Positions 12,421 to 21,785 of a stretch of 64,000 bases of DNA are shown here, one piece after another. Each line of letters begins with the position of its first letter. Positions within the stretch are counted from its first letter, which is position 1. Source of the stretch: an uncultured Kangiella sp. (GTDB lineage: Bacteria > Pseudomonadota > Gammaproteobacteria > Enterobacterales > Kangiellaceae); the NCBI GenBank assembly GCA_964476655.1, contig CAYZBK010000001.1:34054-98053 (forward strand), written 5' to 3'. The position numbers were made by a program, and so were the translations under genes. The notes beneath the pieces were generated by a model, which saw only the letters and a program-made list of their open reading frames with translations, ran no database searches and was not told the DNA's origin.

Positions 12421-13959
12421 TTAATCGTACAATGCCCAGTGTTTAGTCTGTATTAAAGTAACTAAATTACGCAACTCATTTTCTAAAACACGGTCTTCCT
12501 GTAAAAAGTCAGATTGCTCGAATAACCGACTACAAGTATTACGTATGCTTTCCGCAAGCTCGTTATTCTGAATATCGCCTTGGCGACATCGAATCTCTAC
12601 ACCTTGGCAAGCAACCATTAAACTAGCCGCAGCCACTTGCTCTGTAAGGTCTAGAATACGCAAACAATCCCTAGCAGCAATAGTTCCCATACTCACCTTA
12701 TCTTGATTGTGGCACTCTGTGGAGCGAGAAAAAACACTGGCTGGCATTGTTTGCTTTAGAGCTTCGGCTGTCCATGCAGACACGCCAATTTGTACGGCTT
12801 TAAATCCATGATTGATCGTTCTACGACTTTCTTCACTACCTGATAAATTAGCGGGTAAACCATGATTAAATTTAGTATCCATTAATAATGCCATCTGACG
12901 ATCCATTAGATCTGCAAGGTTTGCAACACAATTTTTCATTGAATCCATAACAAAGGCAATGTGACCGCCATAAAAATGTCCTCCATGAAGTACATGTTCC
13001 CCTTCTCCATCGATGATTGGATTATCATTTGCGCTGTTTAATTCATTCTCTATGTCTCGTTTCATCCATGGTAATGCATCTCGTAACACCCCTATAATGT
13101 GTGGCGCACATCTAATTGAGTAACGGTCTTGCAAACGAGAAGAATTTCGAGGCTGCTCATGATGATTTAAGTCACTACGGATCCAGCGAGCCACATCTTG
13201 TTGACCTTGATGAGGTTTAACGCTAAATAGTTTTTCGTCAAAGTGTCCGCTGTTCCCCATTAACGCGATTGATGCCAAGGCTGTAATTCGAGTCGTAAGC
13301 TGCGATAAATATTCTGCACGCGACCATGCTAAAGCTGCTAACGCCGTCATGACGGCTGTCCCGTTCATAATAGCTAAGCCTTCTTTAGGTAGCAAACCAA
13401 CAGGTTCCATTCCTAGTTCATTTAATACATCTATTGCTGGTCTTTTTTCTCCCTTGTATCGTAAGTCTCGTTCGCCAACCATTGCAGCTGCAACATAAGA
13501 TAAAGGCGTTAGATCGCCGCTAGCACCAACAGAACCTTCTTCTGGAATTATGGGGGTAGCTCTGTGATTAATCATCAATTCGAGTTGCTGCAATAACCTA
13601 TATCTTACTCCCGAAAACCCTTGCCCTAAAGACGCTAACCGAGTTGCGAGTATTGCAACAGCGTGATGCTCATCAAAGTGTCGCCCAAGGCCACATCCAT
13701 GAAAACGGCTTAGATGAAGTGGTAATTCATGAACAAGGTGAGGAGGTACAAAAACGGTACAAGAATCACCATAACCAGTGGTAACACCATAAATAACACC
13801 ATCCTCTTTTAATAGTTTTTCCAGAAAGCTGGCTCCACGCCTAATCAGTGCAATATAATTATCACTTTGATTCAGCTGCACACCTTTCTTGCCAAAAGCA
13901 ATTGCCACAATATCTTCAATTGTTATATGACTATCACCAAATACCACTAATTGTTTCAT
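12421..13959 (-). CDS. MIO-dependent aromatic amino acid ammonia-lyase (HAL/PAL/TAL family)
   Basis: 512 aa. The MIO-forming triad Ala146-Ser147-Gly148 sits in GSVGASGDLTPLS (nt 13516-13524). The conserved Tyr loop is IYGVTTGYG, and the remaining family blocks are present. See the finding on the selectivity dyad. Confidence 0.88.
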   Translation of the reverse strand: MKQLVVFGDSHITIEDIVAIAFGKKGVQLNQSDNYIALIRRGASFLEKLLKEDGVIYGVTTGYGDSCTVFVPPHLVHELPLHLSRFHGCGLGRHFDEHHAVAILATRLASLGQGFSGVRYRLLQQLELMINHRATPIIPEEGSVGASGDLTPLSYVAAAMVGERDLRYKGEKRPAIDVLNELGMEPVGLLPKEGLAIMNGTAVMTALAALAWSRAEYLSQLTTRITALASIALMGNSGHFDEKLFSVKPHQGQQDVARWIRSDLNHHEQPRNSSRLQDRYSIRCAPHIIGVLRDALPWMKRDIENELNSANDNPIIDGEGEHVLHGGHFYGGHIAFVMDSMKNCVANLADLMDRQMALLMDTKFNHGLPANLSGSEESRRTINHGFKAVQIGVSAWTAEALKQTMPASVFSRSTECHNQDKVSMGTIAARDCLRILDLTEQVAAASLMVACQGVEIRCRQGDIQNNELAESIRNTCSRLFEQSDFLQEDRVLENELRNLVTLIQTKHWALYD

Positions 13960-13965
13960 TTAAAA

Positions 13966-15717
13966 TTACTCGTTAGAGGATAAAGAATGCTTTTGCTCTC
14001 TCTGCACTTTATCACTATTCCAAAAATCAAAAAAATTAAACCATTGAAAAGGAAATCTCAATGCATAATGTTCTAAACGTAATGCATAACGTTCAATAAT
14101 TTGTTGCAATATTTTTTGTCGCTGTTTTCGCGGTAAACTGATCCCTTTAGATGAAAACTTCTCAAAATAAATTTTGTGTTGATTTCCGTCCTGCAGGCAA
14201 AACATTAAATAAACAGGACAATCCATTAAGCTTGCTATTATAAATGGCCCTTGTGGAAAAGGTGCCAAATCACCTAAAAAAGGTACATAATTTACTCGAC
14301 CAGCAACACTAGTTGAAGTTCTATCCCCAACGATAACTAAAACCTCACCCTTATCCACCTTCTCTTTTAAACGCATGGCCATATCAGGCCCCAAGTTTGA
14401 AATTTGAATTAAATTCACATCATATTCTGGATTAGCTCGCTTTAATTGAGCGCTAAATTTTTGCGCATTGTTGCTAAAAACAATAGCATTAATTACTAAA
14501 TTAGATTCATATTTGGATAGGGCTCGTCCAAGCTCTAAATTTCCTAAATGTGATCCAATAAATACAGCCCCTTTCTTAGATTGCACAAGTTTATCAAATT
14601 CTTGACGATCAACAAACTTAATGCTCTCTGGCGCAATATCTCCCATCCAAGAAGAAAGCTTGTCAATACCAGCTCTGCCAAAGCTCATAAAATGTCTAAA
14701 ACTGTCTAACCAATTTGGGGCCTTTGCAAACGACTGTTTATCTCTTATATACACCCTACGTAAAAACTGTTGAGAATAACCTCTGGCGGTTTTCCCCGTC
14801 AAGAAAAAATACCCTATAATAGGATACAACATTATTATAAAAGAACGACGGCCAAATAAACGATAAGCAGCAAGGATCAAAGATAAGCCGAAATGATTTC
14901 CTCGCTCTTGCTGGCTAGACCAATGTGTATCTAATTTTTTTTCAGTGGTTAATTTATTTGTTATTTCCAATGAATGATTTGAAGAAAACTTACGACCTAA
15001 CAACCTAGGTAAACGCAATAACATTCCTAAGAATAAACGACTATGCATTTTAGTAATCGCTATATTATCTTTCAAAGCTCTAAAATTTGAAATTCCATCT
15101 TGCGGATAAATAACACGAGTTGGTATAAATTCTACAGATACTCCCTGCCAAAATAGTTTTACTATAATTTCTGTATCAAAATCCATATGGGAACCTATAT
15201 GAGTTTTTTTCATTAGATTACAACATGCCTCTAATGGATAAACTCTAAAGCCGCACATTGAATCTTTAATTTTAAAAGATAATGTTTCAATCCACACCCA
15301 AAAATGAGTTATATAGCGACCATACAAACGTGCTTTTGGAATAGAATCATCGTAAATAGGAGAGCCAGAAATCAACGACATTGGTTTCGATGTTGATAAA
15401 TTTAATAATTTATCAACATCGTCGCATGAATGTTGTCCATCCGCATCAATTTGTAATCCATGACTGTAACCAGCTTCAAATGCTTTTTCAAAAGCTAATG
15501 TTACGGCAACACCTTTACCACTATTTGTAGGTAACCTCAATAAAGTTACATCAGGGTATTTTTTTATCAGTTGCTGTAATGATTCTTGAGTAGAAGCATC
15601 ACTCCCATCGTCAATTATAAAGCATTTTAAATCCTGTAAATGCATAGCATCCACAACAGCTTCTATCGTCTTTCCATGATTATAGATTGGTATAATTGCA
15701 CAAGGTGAATAATTCAT
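13966..15717 (-). CDS. apeJ: Fusion protein: N-terminal family-2 glycosyltransferase, TM segments, C-terminal LpxL/HtrB-type lipid acyltransferase; ApeJ position
   Basis: The N-terminus (IIPIYNHGKTI, IIDDGSDAS, QIDADGQH) is GT2-like. Hydrophobic helices lie around aa 275-310. The C-terminal half has an HX4E block (GSHLGNLE) typical of lauroyl/myristoyl acyltransferases. Confidence 0.7.
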   Translation of the reverse strand: MNYSPCAIIPIYNHGKTIEAVVDAMHLQDLKCFIIDDGSDASTQESLQQLIKKYPDVTLLRLPTNSGKGVAVTLAFEKAFEAGYSHGLQIDADGQHSCDDVDKLLNLSTSKPMSLISGSPIYDDSIPKARLYGRYITHFWVWIETLSFKIKDSMCGFRVYPLEACCNLMKKTHIGSHMDFDTEIIVKLFWQGVSVEFIPTRVIYPQDGISNFRALKDNIAITKMHSRLFLGMLLRLPRLLGRKFSSNHSLEITNKLTTEKKLDTHWSSQQERGNHFGLSLILAAYRLFGRRSFIIMLYPIIGYFFLTGKTARGYSQQFLRRVYIRDKQSFAKAPNWLDSFRHFMSFGRAGIDKLSSWMGDIAPESIKFVDRQEFDKLVQSKKGAVFIGSHLGNLELGRALSKYESNLVINAIVFSNNAQKFSAQLKRANPEYDVNLIQISNLGPDMAMRLKEKVDKGEVLVIVGDRTSTSVAGRVNYVPFLGDLAPFPQGPFIIASLMDCPVYLMFCLQDGNQHKIYFEKFSSKGISLPRKQRQKILQQIIERYALRLEHYALRFPFQWFNFFDFWNSDKVQREQKHSLSSNE

Positions 15718-15718
15718 G

Positions 15719-16060
15719 TTAGCGATCCAACAACAACCGACCGGACGAATATTTTTTTTCGTTAGTGGAATAAGTAAACGTAATTTTTCTTTTTTCTGGC
15801 TGATAATTTAGTAGTAAAAATATTTGTGTATTTGGCACAATAATCGAGTGGAATTTTATATTTTCTAAACGAGTAAATTCACCAAGATCAGAAAAGTAAT
15901 GCCGAGCAAAAGATTCAGCCCAATAAATTTGAGCGACACCAGGTAACACTGGATGATCAGGAAAATGTCCTTCAAAAAACCTAATTGATGGTAGAATTCT
16001 GAGTTCCAAGGTTACTTGATTACCTTCTATGCTCTGGGACAAAACACAAGGTTTGTTCAT
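15719..16060 (-). CDS. apeI: FabZ/FabA-like 3-hydroxyacyl-ACP dehydratase, ApeI position
   Basis: 113 aa with the active-site motif HFPDHPVLPGV. 4-nt overlap with the ligase gene. Confidence 0.8.
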   Translation of the reverse strand: MNKPCVLSQSIEGNQVTLELRILPSIRFFEGHFPDHPVLPGVAQIYWAESFARHYFSDLGEFTRLENIKFHSIIVPNTQIFLLLNYQPEKRKITFTYSTNEKKYSSGRLLLDR

Positions 16061-17469
16061 GAAATTTCCTTCTTATTAAACAAGCATTTCAATTTTTCCT
16101 GTGTCACCTTCCCTAGTGAATCTCGAGGAAAATCAGAGACGTATCGCCATTTTCTAGGAAGAATGATTTTTTCATAATATGCAGACAATAGTTCTCTTAA
16201 TTTTAAGGCCATAATTCTTCGCCCACTTTTTTTGAATGCCAATTGACCTTCTTTCGAAAGAATTATAACACCAACAAGTTGATCTCTAGAGCCCGTTAAA
16301 ACTAATAATTTAACATCATCAATCCAAACATGCTTTTTCAATCGCAATTCCATTTCGGATAATGACAAACGTTTTTCTTCTATTTTAACAATCCTATCTA
16401 TACGTCCATTTAACAAAAAAGTCTTGTCGTCAAAAAGTTCGATCCGGTCTCCCATGACGAACCAATCGTCATCAAGTAAATAGGGAGATTTTACCAATAA
16501 AGCACTATCAATGTCTCGTAAGTGAATATTAACGTTATCAAATGTTACCCAGCGCTGAAGTTCTTTTATTTGTTGCCTATAAGCAACACCACCAGTTTCT
16601 GTACTACCAAAAACTTCAATTGGCGCCTGCTCAAATTCTTGTCTAAAATATAACGCTGTTTGCCAAGAAAGCGGCCCCCCAGAAGAAAATATTTTTTTCA
16701 CACCAGGTTTAAGTGTTGAAATATTAATAAGTTGAATCATTCTTTTTAAATGTGCTGGACTGGAAACTAATAATGATGACAGCCCTAGGTCATTTAATCG
16801 CTGTACGTATGCCAATAAGGTCTCAGGATACTCAAACTGTAGGTTAACAATTGCTCTACCAGAACACAGTGGCCATAATAATCGAAATAAAAGTCCGTAA
16901 ATATGTTGATGGGACACTGTTGCGAGAGTTATACACTTATCGACTATCTTTCCCCACAAAAATTCTAACCCTTCAATTTCAGAAGATAAATTATTAATAT
17001 TTTTAAGTATTTTTTTGGGGTCACCTGTTGTACCTGAGGTAAAAATCTCAATGCAAACTGTGTCTGGCTCTAGAGCTTCAAAAACAATTTGATTAGTTGC
17101 GTCACATAAAAGATTAGTTTTTTTATTAATAATTGATGGTATGTGGACTGTATAGAAAGACTCTAAATTTTGACAATCAGTTATCAAGCCAAAATCTTTT
17201 TCTGGTAACGCTGTTAACGTTTTTGGCAGACCGTTGGCAGGTAATATTATTTTTTTATTTGAATGTAATATTGCAAAAAAACCCACAGAAAACCAATAGC
17301 TATCATCACAAACTAAAACCCAACTTTCTTTCTTTCCCAAATACTTCATTACTAACGATATATGATAAGAAAACTCTTCCCAATAGATAATTTTTTCATC
17401 AAAATATGCAACAATTGTATTTGCTTCACGTTTTTTCGCTAATTCGTACAAAGGTATATATTGGCTCAT
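16057..17469 (-). CDS. apeH: AMP-dependent aryl/acyl-ACP (CoA) ligase, starter-unit adenylating enzyme, ApeH position
   Basis: AMP-binding signature FTSGTTGDPKK plus FGSTETGG. 470 aa. Confidence 0.82.
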   Translation of the reverse strand: MSQYIPLYELAKKREANTIVAYFDEKIIYWEEFSYHISLVMKYLGKKESWVLVCDDSYWFSVGFFAILHSNKKIILPANGLPKTLTALPEKDFGLITDCQNLESFYTVHIPSIINKKTNLLCDATNQIVFEALEPDTVCIEIFTSGTTGDPKKILKNINNLSSEIEGLEFLWGKIVDKCITLATVSHQHIYGLLFRLLWPLCSGRAIVNLQFEYPETLLAYVQRLNDLGLSSLLVSSPAHLKRMIQLINISTLKPGVKKIFSSGGPLSWQTALYFRQEFEQAPIEVFGSTETGGVAYRQQIKELQRWVTFDNVNIHLRDIDSALLVKSPYLLDDDWFVMGDRIELFDDKTFLLNGRIDRIVKIEEKRLSLSEMELRLKKHVWIDDVKLLVLTGSRDQLVGVIILSKEGQLAFKKSGRRIMALKLRELLSAYYEKIILPRKWRYVSDFPRDSLGKVTQEKLKCLFNKKEIS

Positions 17470-18032
17470 ATTTTTTCATTCCGTCGCAATACAATTCGTA
17501 CACAGTATTCAATAGAAAATAAGCAACCAATTAATAAATATGACAACAAACCATTGTAAAATGTCCAAACCTTCAAGCTTGAATAAAAACAAGTATAAAG
17601 GGATATGCTCATGTTAATTAAGAAAAATACACACCATACATAAGTTACTTTTCGTGTATATCTAACTCCAGCAACGGAAAGCTCGGGCTCGGTAATTCGA
17701 GCAATACGTTCTACAGCAGATTGCGACTGCCACAAGGAAGATACAAACACTAAAAGTAAGCTAAAACTAATCAAGCTTGGATATAATCTTAATAATAATT
17801 GCGAATTAGAAAAATAGACCGCTATACCAAGAGTACACCCCAATAAAATGATTGGTAGAAATTGCGACGAAAGTTGAAGAATATGTTTAGCCTGAACTAA
17901 AAAACGCAACATCATCAAACCAACCAAACCTAATCCCATCATCTTCGGTTGCATATAATTTAATCCAAAATACACCGATAGCGGGTATGCGATTACCAAT
18001 ATAGAAACCAAGATATTTAGCAGCCGTTTCAT
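17466..18032 (-). CDS. apeG: Integral membrane protein of unknown function, ApeG position
   Basis: 188 aa with about 5 hydrophobic helices and no catalytic motif recognised. 4-nt overlap with the ligase gene. Confidence 0.6.
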   Translation of the reverse strand: MKRLLNILVSILVIAYPLSVYFGLNYMQPKMMGLGLVGLMMLRFLVQAKHILQLSSQFLPIILLGCTLGIAVYFSNSQLLLRLYPSLISFSLLLVFVSSLWQSQSAVERIARITEPELSVAGVRYTRKVTYVWCVFFLINMSISLYTCFYSSLKVWTFYNGLLSYLLIGCLFSIEYCVRIVLRRNEKI

Positions 18033-18047
18033 TTTTAGGTAGTTAGT

Positions 18048-18296
18048 TTATGCCGCAGTTATTTCATACACATTATTAACAATATCTTCAACATTGCGCA
18101 CCAACTTAAATTCTTCGGGTTTGATTTTTGTTCCTGTTAATTCTTGTAACTTAACAACAAGATCAACAGCGTCGATACTGTCCAAATCTAAATCCTCATA
18201 CAACTTAGCTTGCATTGTAATATCCTCTGCATCAATTTCAAATAATTCAATCAATACTCGTTTTACTTCTTTAAAAACTTCTTCTTTACTTTGCAT
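18048..18296 (-). CDS. apeF: Acyl carrier protein (second of a tandem pair), ApeF position
   Basis: 82 aa, acidic, with the phosphopantetheine site DLDLDSIDAVDL. Confidence 0.85.
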   Translation of the reverse strand: MQSKEEVFKEVKRVLIELFEIDAEDITMQAKLYEDLDLDSIDAVDLVVKLQELTGTKIKPEEFKLVRNVEDIVNNVYEITAA

Positions 18297-18305
18297 TTTT
18301 CTTTC

Positions 18306-18566
18306 CTAATTAGAACGTTCTTTTTCAATAAATTTTGTTAGATTTGCGATAGAAGCAAAATGTTCTTTATTAGCTTCCGAGTTAGAATCCATCTTAACTT
18401 GATACTTTTTTTGCAATGCGACACCAAGTTCTAATGCGTCAATAGAATCTAAACCTAAACCTTCTACAAAAAGCGCTTCATGGCTATCAATATCTTTCAC
18501 TTCGACATCTTCTAAATCCAATACATCAATAATAATTTCTTTCAATTCAATCTCAAGACTGCTCAT
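18306..18566 (-). CDS. apeE: Acyl carrier protein (first of a tandem pair), ApeE position
   Basis: Phosphopantetheine site GLGLDSIDALEL. The ORF track begins at a TTG (18587). The ATG at 18566 (MSSLEIELK...) is the more likely start, and it still overlaps the upstream acyltransferase stop by 14 nt. Confidence 0.82.
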   Translation of the reverse strand: MSSLEIELKEIIIDVLDLEDVEVKDIDSHEALFVEGLGLDSIDALELGVALQKKYQVKMDSNSEANKEHFASIANLTKFIEKERSN

Positions 18567-19350
18567 AACGGAGTATTTCCTTTTCAAAATAATTCTCTAA
18601 ATACCGTGTTAATTTTCTAACCGATAAACTTGGAACATCTTCTGCACTAATAATTGTTTTAACTTTTATCAATTCTCCAACCTCTAACCGTAGATGAAAA
18701 CGTCTTTTTGGAATTTGATACCACTTTAGACCTTTAGTTAAAGCACTTGGAGTACATGTTATTACTATAGGTGTTATATCTATATCTTTTTCAATAGCTA
18801 TTCTCGCGGGAGCTCGTTGAAATTTCATTCTTTTTCCAGAAGGTGAACGGGTTCCTTCAGGAAAAATAATCAAACTATTTTCTCGTTCAAGAGACAACAC
18901 GCAATCATTTATTAATTGCTGAGGTGCTGAACCATTATTAACATAACCAGCGGCCAATACAACTCCTCGTAAAAAAGGATTGCGAAATAAAGCACCTTTA
19001 ACAATACAATTCGATCTCGGAACCAGTGACATAATAAGAACAACATCTAATAGCGTCGGATGATTTGCTAAGAAAAGTTGAACTTTGTTGCTTGTAAGTT
19101 TTTCTTTGCCTACAACCTCGGTCGACATTACTCCCAGCAATTTTGTAAATGCTATATGACATCTAAACGAGACATGTATTAATTTTTGCGCTCGTTGATG
19201 TCTTTTATTTTTATTTGTTGTTGTTAAGCAAATGATAGGGAAAACCATTTGACTAATTACTAACCCCCCAATTCCAAACGTAATAAAAGATATTCCTGTT
19301 GCAATTACTCGCCAAAAATAATTAATAGTGCTCACGGAGTTAATCAACAT
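18553..19350 (-). CDS. apeD: PlsC-family lysophospholipid/glycerolipid acyltransferase, ApeD position
   Basis: HX4D motif (ANHPTLLD) and FPEGTRS block. N-terminal TM helices. 265 aa. Confidence 0.8.
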   Translation of the reverse strand: MLINSVSTINYFWRVIATGISFITFGIGGLVISQMVFPIICLTTTNKNKRHQRAQKLIHVSFRCHIAFTKLLGVMSTEVVGKEKLTSNKVQLFLANHPTLLDVVLIMSLVPRSNCIVKGALFRNPFLRGVVLAAGYVNNGSAPQQLINDCVLSLERENSLIIFPEGTRSPSGKRMKFQRAPARIAIEKDIDITPIVITCTPSALTKGLKWYQIPKRRFHLRLEVGELIKVKTIISAEDVPSLSVRKLTRYLENYFEKEILRYEQS

Positions 19351-20077
19351 AACGTTTAAATTGCCAACTCAATCGATTAGAGTGCATTGCTAAATATTTA
19401 TTGCTACTCAGTAAGTACTTTAAAAAGAGCAATGGGCGCATACCTGAAGTAACTGCATTGCCATTATTCCCACTAAAACTCAAATTAAATTTATCTCCGC
19501 TACCAGTACCACTCAACAATATAGCTAATCCATACAGGCATTCTGTTTTATCTTTAAATCTCGAAAAAATACTTGGCAACGGCATATCACAGCAAACTAA
19601 TAAAACTTTTTTTTCTTCTTCATTTTTAATGACTGCTGCAGCCTCTAAAAATGATTGTTCAAAACTATCTATTCCGGCAGATAAAACCGTCGAAACTGAC
19701 GTATCTTTTCTTGAAATAGAGTAAAGCCCAGAACCTGTATTGGGAACTGAAAGACTAAATCCCATTGGTGAAAGAAGCTCTTGCTCAGCAATGGATTGCA
19801 ACAATTCAACTGTACGATGCAATTCCCCGTGTCGCGAGCAAAAGACTGTTGCTACAGACTGTTGCGGTTCCAAACATCCATTTGCTACATAAAGCGCCAT
19901 ACGACTTAATTGACTGAGTCTACGGCGCAACATTGGAGCAACAAATGTAACATCTGGAGTACCTTGCTCCATGATATTGCACTCTCCACGAGCCCAAGCT
20001 TCCCAGTCCTGCCTTTTTTCTACTCCAGGCGCCCAAGCGCACCATTTTTCAATCGACAAATCAATATTATTTGACAT
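19340..20077 (-). CDS. apeC: Half-size ketosynthase-like chain-length-factor, ApeC position
   Basis: 245 aa with similarity to a KS N-terminal half only. The nucleophile position reads SAGIDS (Gly instead of Cys), and the His-His C-terminal half is absent. It is the first gene of the operon. Confidence 0.7.
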   Translation of the reverse strand: MSNNIDLSIEKWCAWAPGVEKRQDWEAWARGECNIMEQGTPDVTFVAPMLRRRLSQLSRMALYVANGCLEPQQSVATVFCSRHGELHRTVELLQSIAEQELLSPMGFSLSVPNTGSGLYSISRKDTSVSTVLSAGIDSFEQSFLEAAAVIKNEEEKKVLLVCCDMPLPSIFSRFKDKTECLYGLAILLSGTGSGDKFNLSFSGNNGNAVTSGMRPLLFLKYLLSSNKYLAMHSNRLSWQFKRYVD

Positions 20078-20370
20078 GCAAAAATCCTAGTATATCAATA
20101 TGTTACAGCTAATTGCCAAAAAAGTGCATAAGAACCCAACAAATCTCGCCGCAACATCATTTTTCGATTTCTCTGGCGGCGCTATGTTACGTGACTTAAC
20201 GGTAAATTTCAACATTAGCAAGAGCTAGTCTTAGCTTCAATTTTTACAACACTAGAAAATATTCAATCAACGGTAGTAACAAAAGATTTCCACTGTTAAA
20301 ATCCATTGTAAGAGCTGTTTTTAATTTATTTACGGCAACCTCACATTAAATCACATAGATCTCTAAATCA

Positions 20371-21588
20371 ATGACTGTCAAACCAAATCAATTGTTAATA
20401 TTTAAACTCTATGCATTTAAGTTATATTTGCTCTTGATTGCTATATTTATCACAGGCTGCTCAAGTCGACAACTTCTAGATCCAACGGATAGTCTGTCTC
20501 GCCTTAAAAACGGCGGGAGTTTACAGCACGAAGTTAATTTGTTAGTAAAACCTCTTATTAAAAATAGAGATAATATTGGAGCCGTTGTCGCGGTATTAGA
20601 TTCTAAGAACACTGTTTCTATTTTTCCATTTGGCAATAAAAATGCTGGTGAAAATGTGCCAATGACAGTTAACACTCTATTTGGAATTGGTTCCACGACA
20701 AAGTCACTTGTGGTCTCCTTAATGTTAGCCTTAGATGCTGAAGGTATTATTTCTATCAATGATACCATTAGTGAGTTTTTACCGTCTCAGATGCTTCTAA
20801 AAGATCCTCATATTCGTGATATTACTTTTGCACAGCTTGCAAGCCACACTTCAGGTCTGCCAAGGGAGCCGCTTAGTCTTGATACTTTAGCCTCCTTGCT
20901 GGGTTATTTTTTTACTGGAAACAACTTATACAGCCACCTTACTAAGGAAACAGTGTACGACTTCCTTGCAAATTATGAACTTAAAAAGAAAAAAGAAGGC
21001 TCACCAAGTTATTCTAATATTGGTATTGGTCTTTTAGCTCACTTTTTGACTCTAAAAACAAACCGAGACCTTGAATCACTGCTATCCAAATACATTTTTT
21101 CACCATTACAGATGAAGCATACCGTTGTTCAGTTAAAAAACGATGATATAAAGAGGTTAGCAACCGGCTATGCAGGCGATCAACCCCTATTTATACCTTG
21201 GAACACACCATTAGACAATTGGAAATTCAGCTCTATTATGCTTGGTACTGGAGGTGTATATTCAACGGCTCCAGACCTTATAAATTATTTAAAAGCACAT
21301 ATGGGGAAATCGAATACCAAATTAGATATTATATTACAAAAATCACATATCATTGTGGGGAAAGATAGAGAACATTATTTAACTATGGGCTGGTATGTTG
21401 AGTATTTGCCAAAATATGGACTCAATTTCTACTTTTACCACGGCATGATTGCTGGTTTTAATTGTTACATTGGCTTCGAACCTACTACGAAAACTGCAGT
21501 AGTTGTTTTAAGAAATAACTTTAATTGGCACGACGTTGTTGGACATAATTTATTATTACGGCTTTCGCTATACAACCAGCAAAAGTGA
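20371..21588 (+). CDS. Serine hydrolase of the class C beta-lactamase / DD-peptidase fold, probable lipoprotein
   Basis: SxxK (FGIGSTTKS) and YSN (SYSNIG) motifs. Lipobox ITGCSS after a hydrophobic leader. 405 aa. Confidence 0.75.
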   Translation: MTVKPNQLLIFKLYAFKLYLLLIAIFITGCSSRQLLDPTDSLSRLKNGGSLQHEVNLLVKPLIKNRDNIGAVVAVLDSKNTVSIFPFGNKNAGENVPMTVNTLFGIGSTTKSLVVSLMLALDAEGIISINDTISEFLPSQMLLKDPHIRDITFAQLASHTSGLPREPLSLDTLASLLGYFFTGNNLYSHLTKETVYDFLANYELKKKKEGSPSYSNIGIGLLAHFLTLKTNRDLESLLSKYIFSPLQMKHTVVQLKNDDIKRLATGYAGDQPLFIPWNTPLDNWKFSSIMLGTGGVYSTAPDLINYLKAHMGKSNTKLDIILQKSHIIVGKDREHYLTMGWYVEYLPKYGLNFYFYHGMIAGFNCYIGFEPTTKTAVVVLRNNFNWHDVVGHNLLLRLSLYNQQK

Positions 21589-21785
21589 GGTAGAAAATAG
21601 TAAATATCTAACAGTAATCGCCGTAATGAGAGCGCCATTGACTATAATAACAAATGAATTTGAAAATCTTAGTTTTTTATATTCGTCTAATGCCTGCAAT
21701 ATTGTTGTTTATATTTACTAAAAGCTACAGAGTTCCGTCATCGTTACTCACACTCACACTCATTGTATTTTATGACATTCCTTTT

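Noticed and set aside
21746-21763. A hexamer microrepeat, actcac actcac actcat.
   Set aside because: It has only about three copies in a convergent intergenic region, with no associated ORF or structure. It is too short to be meaningful.
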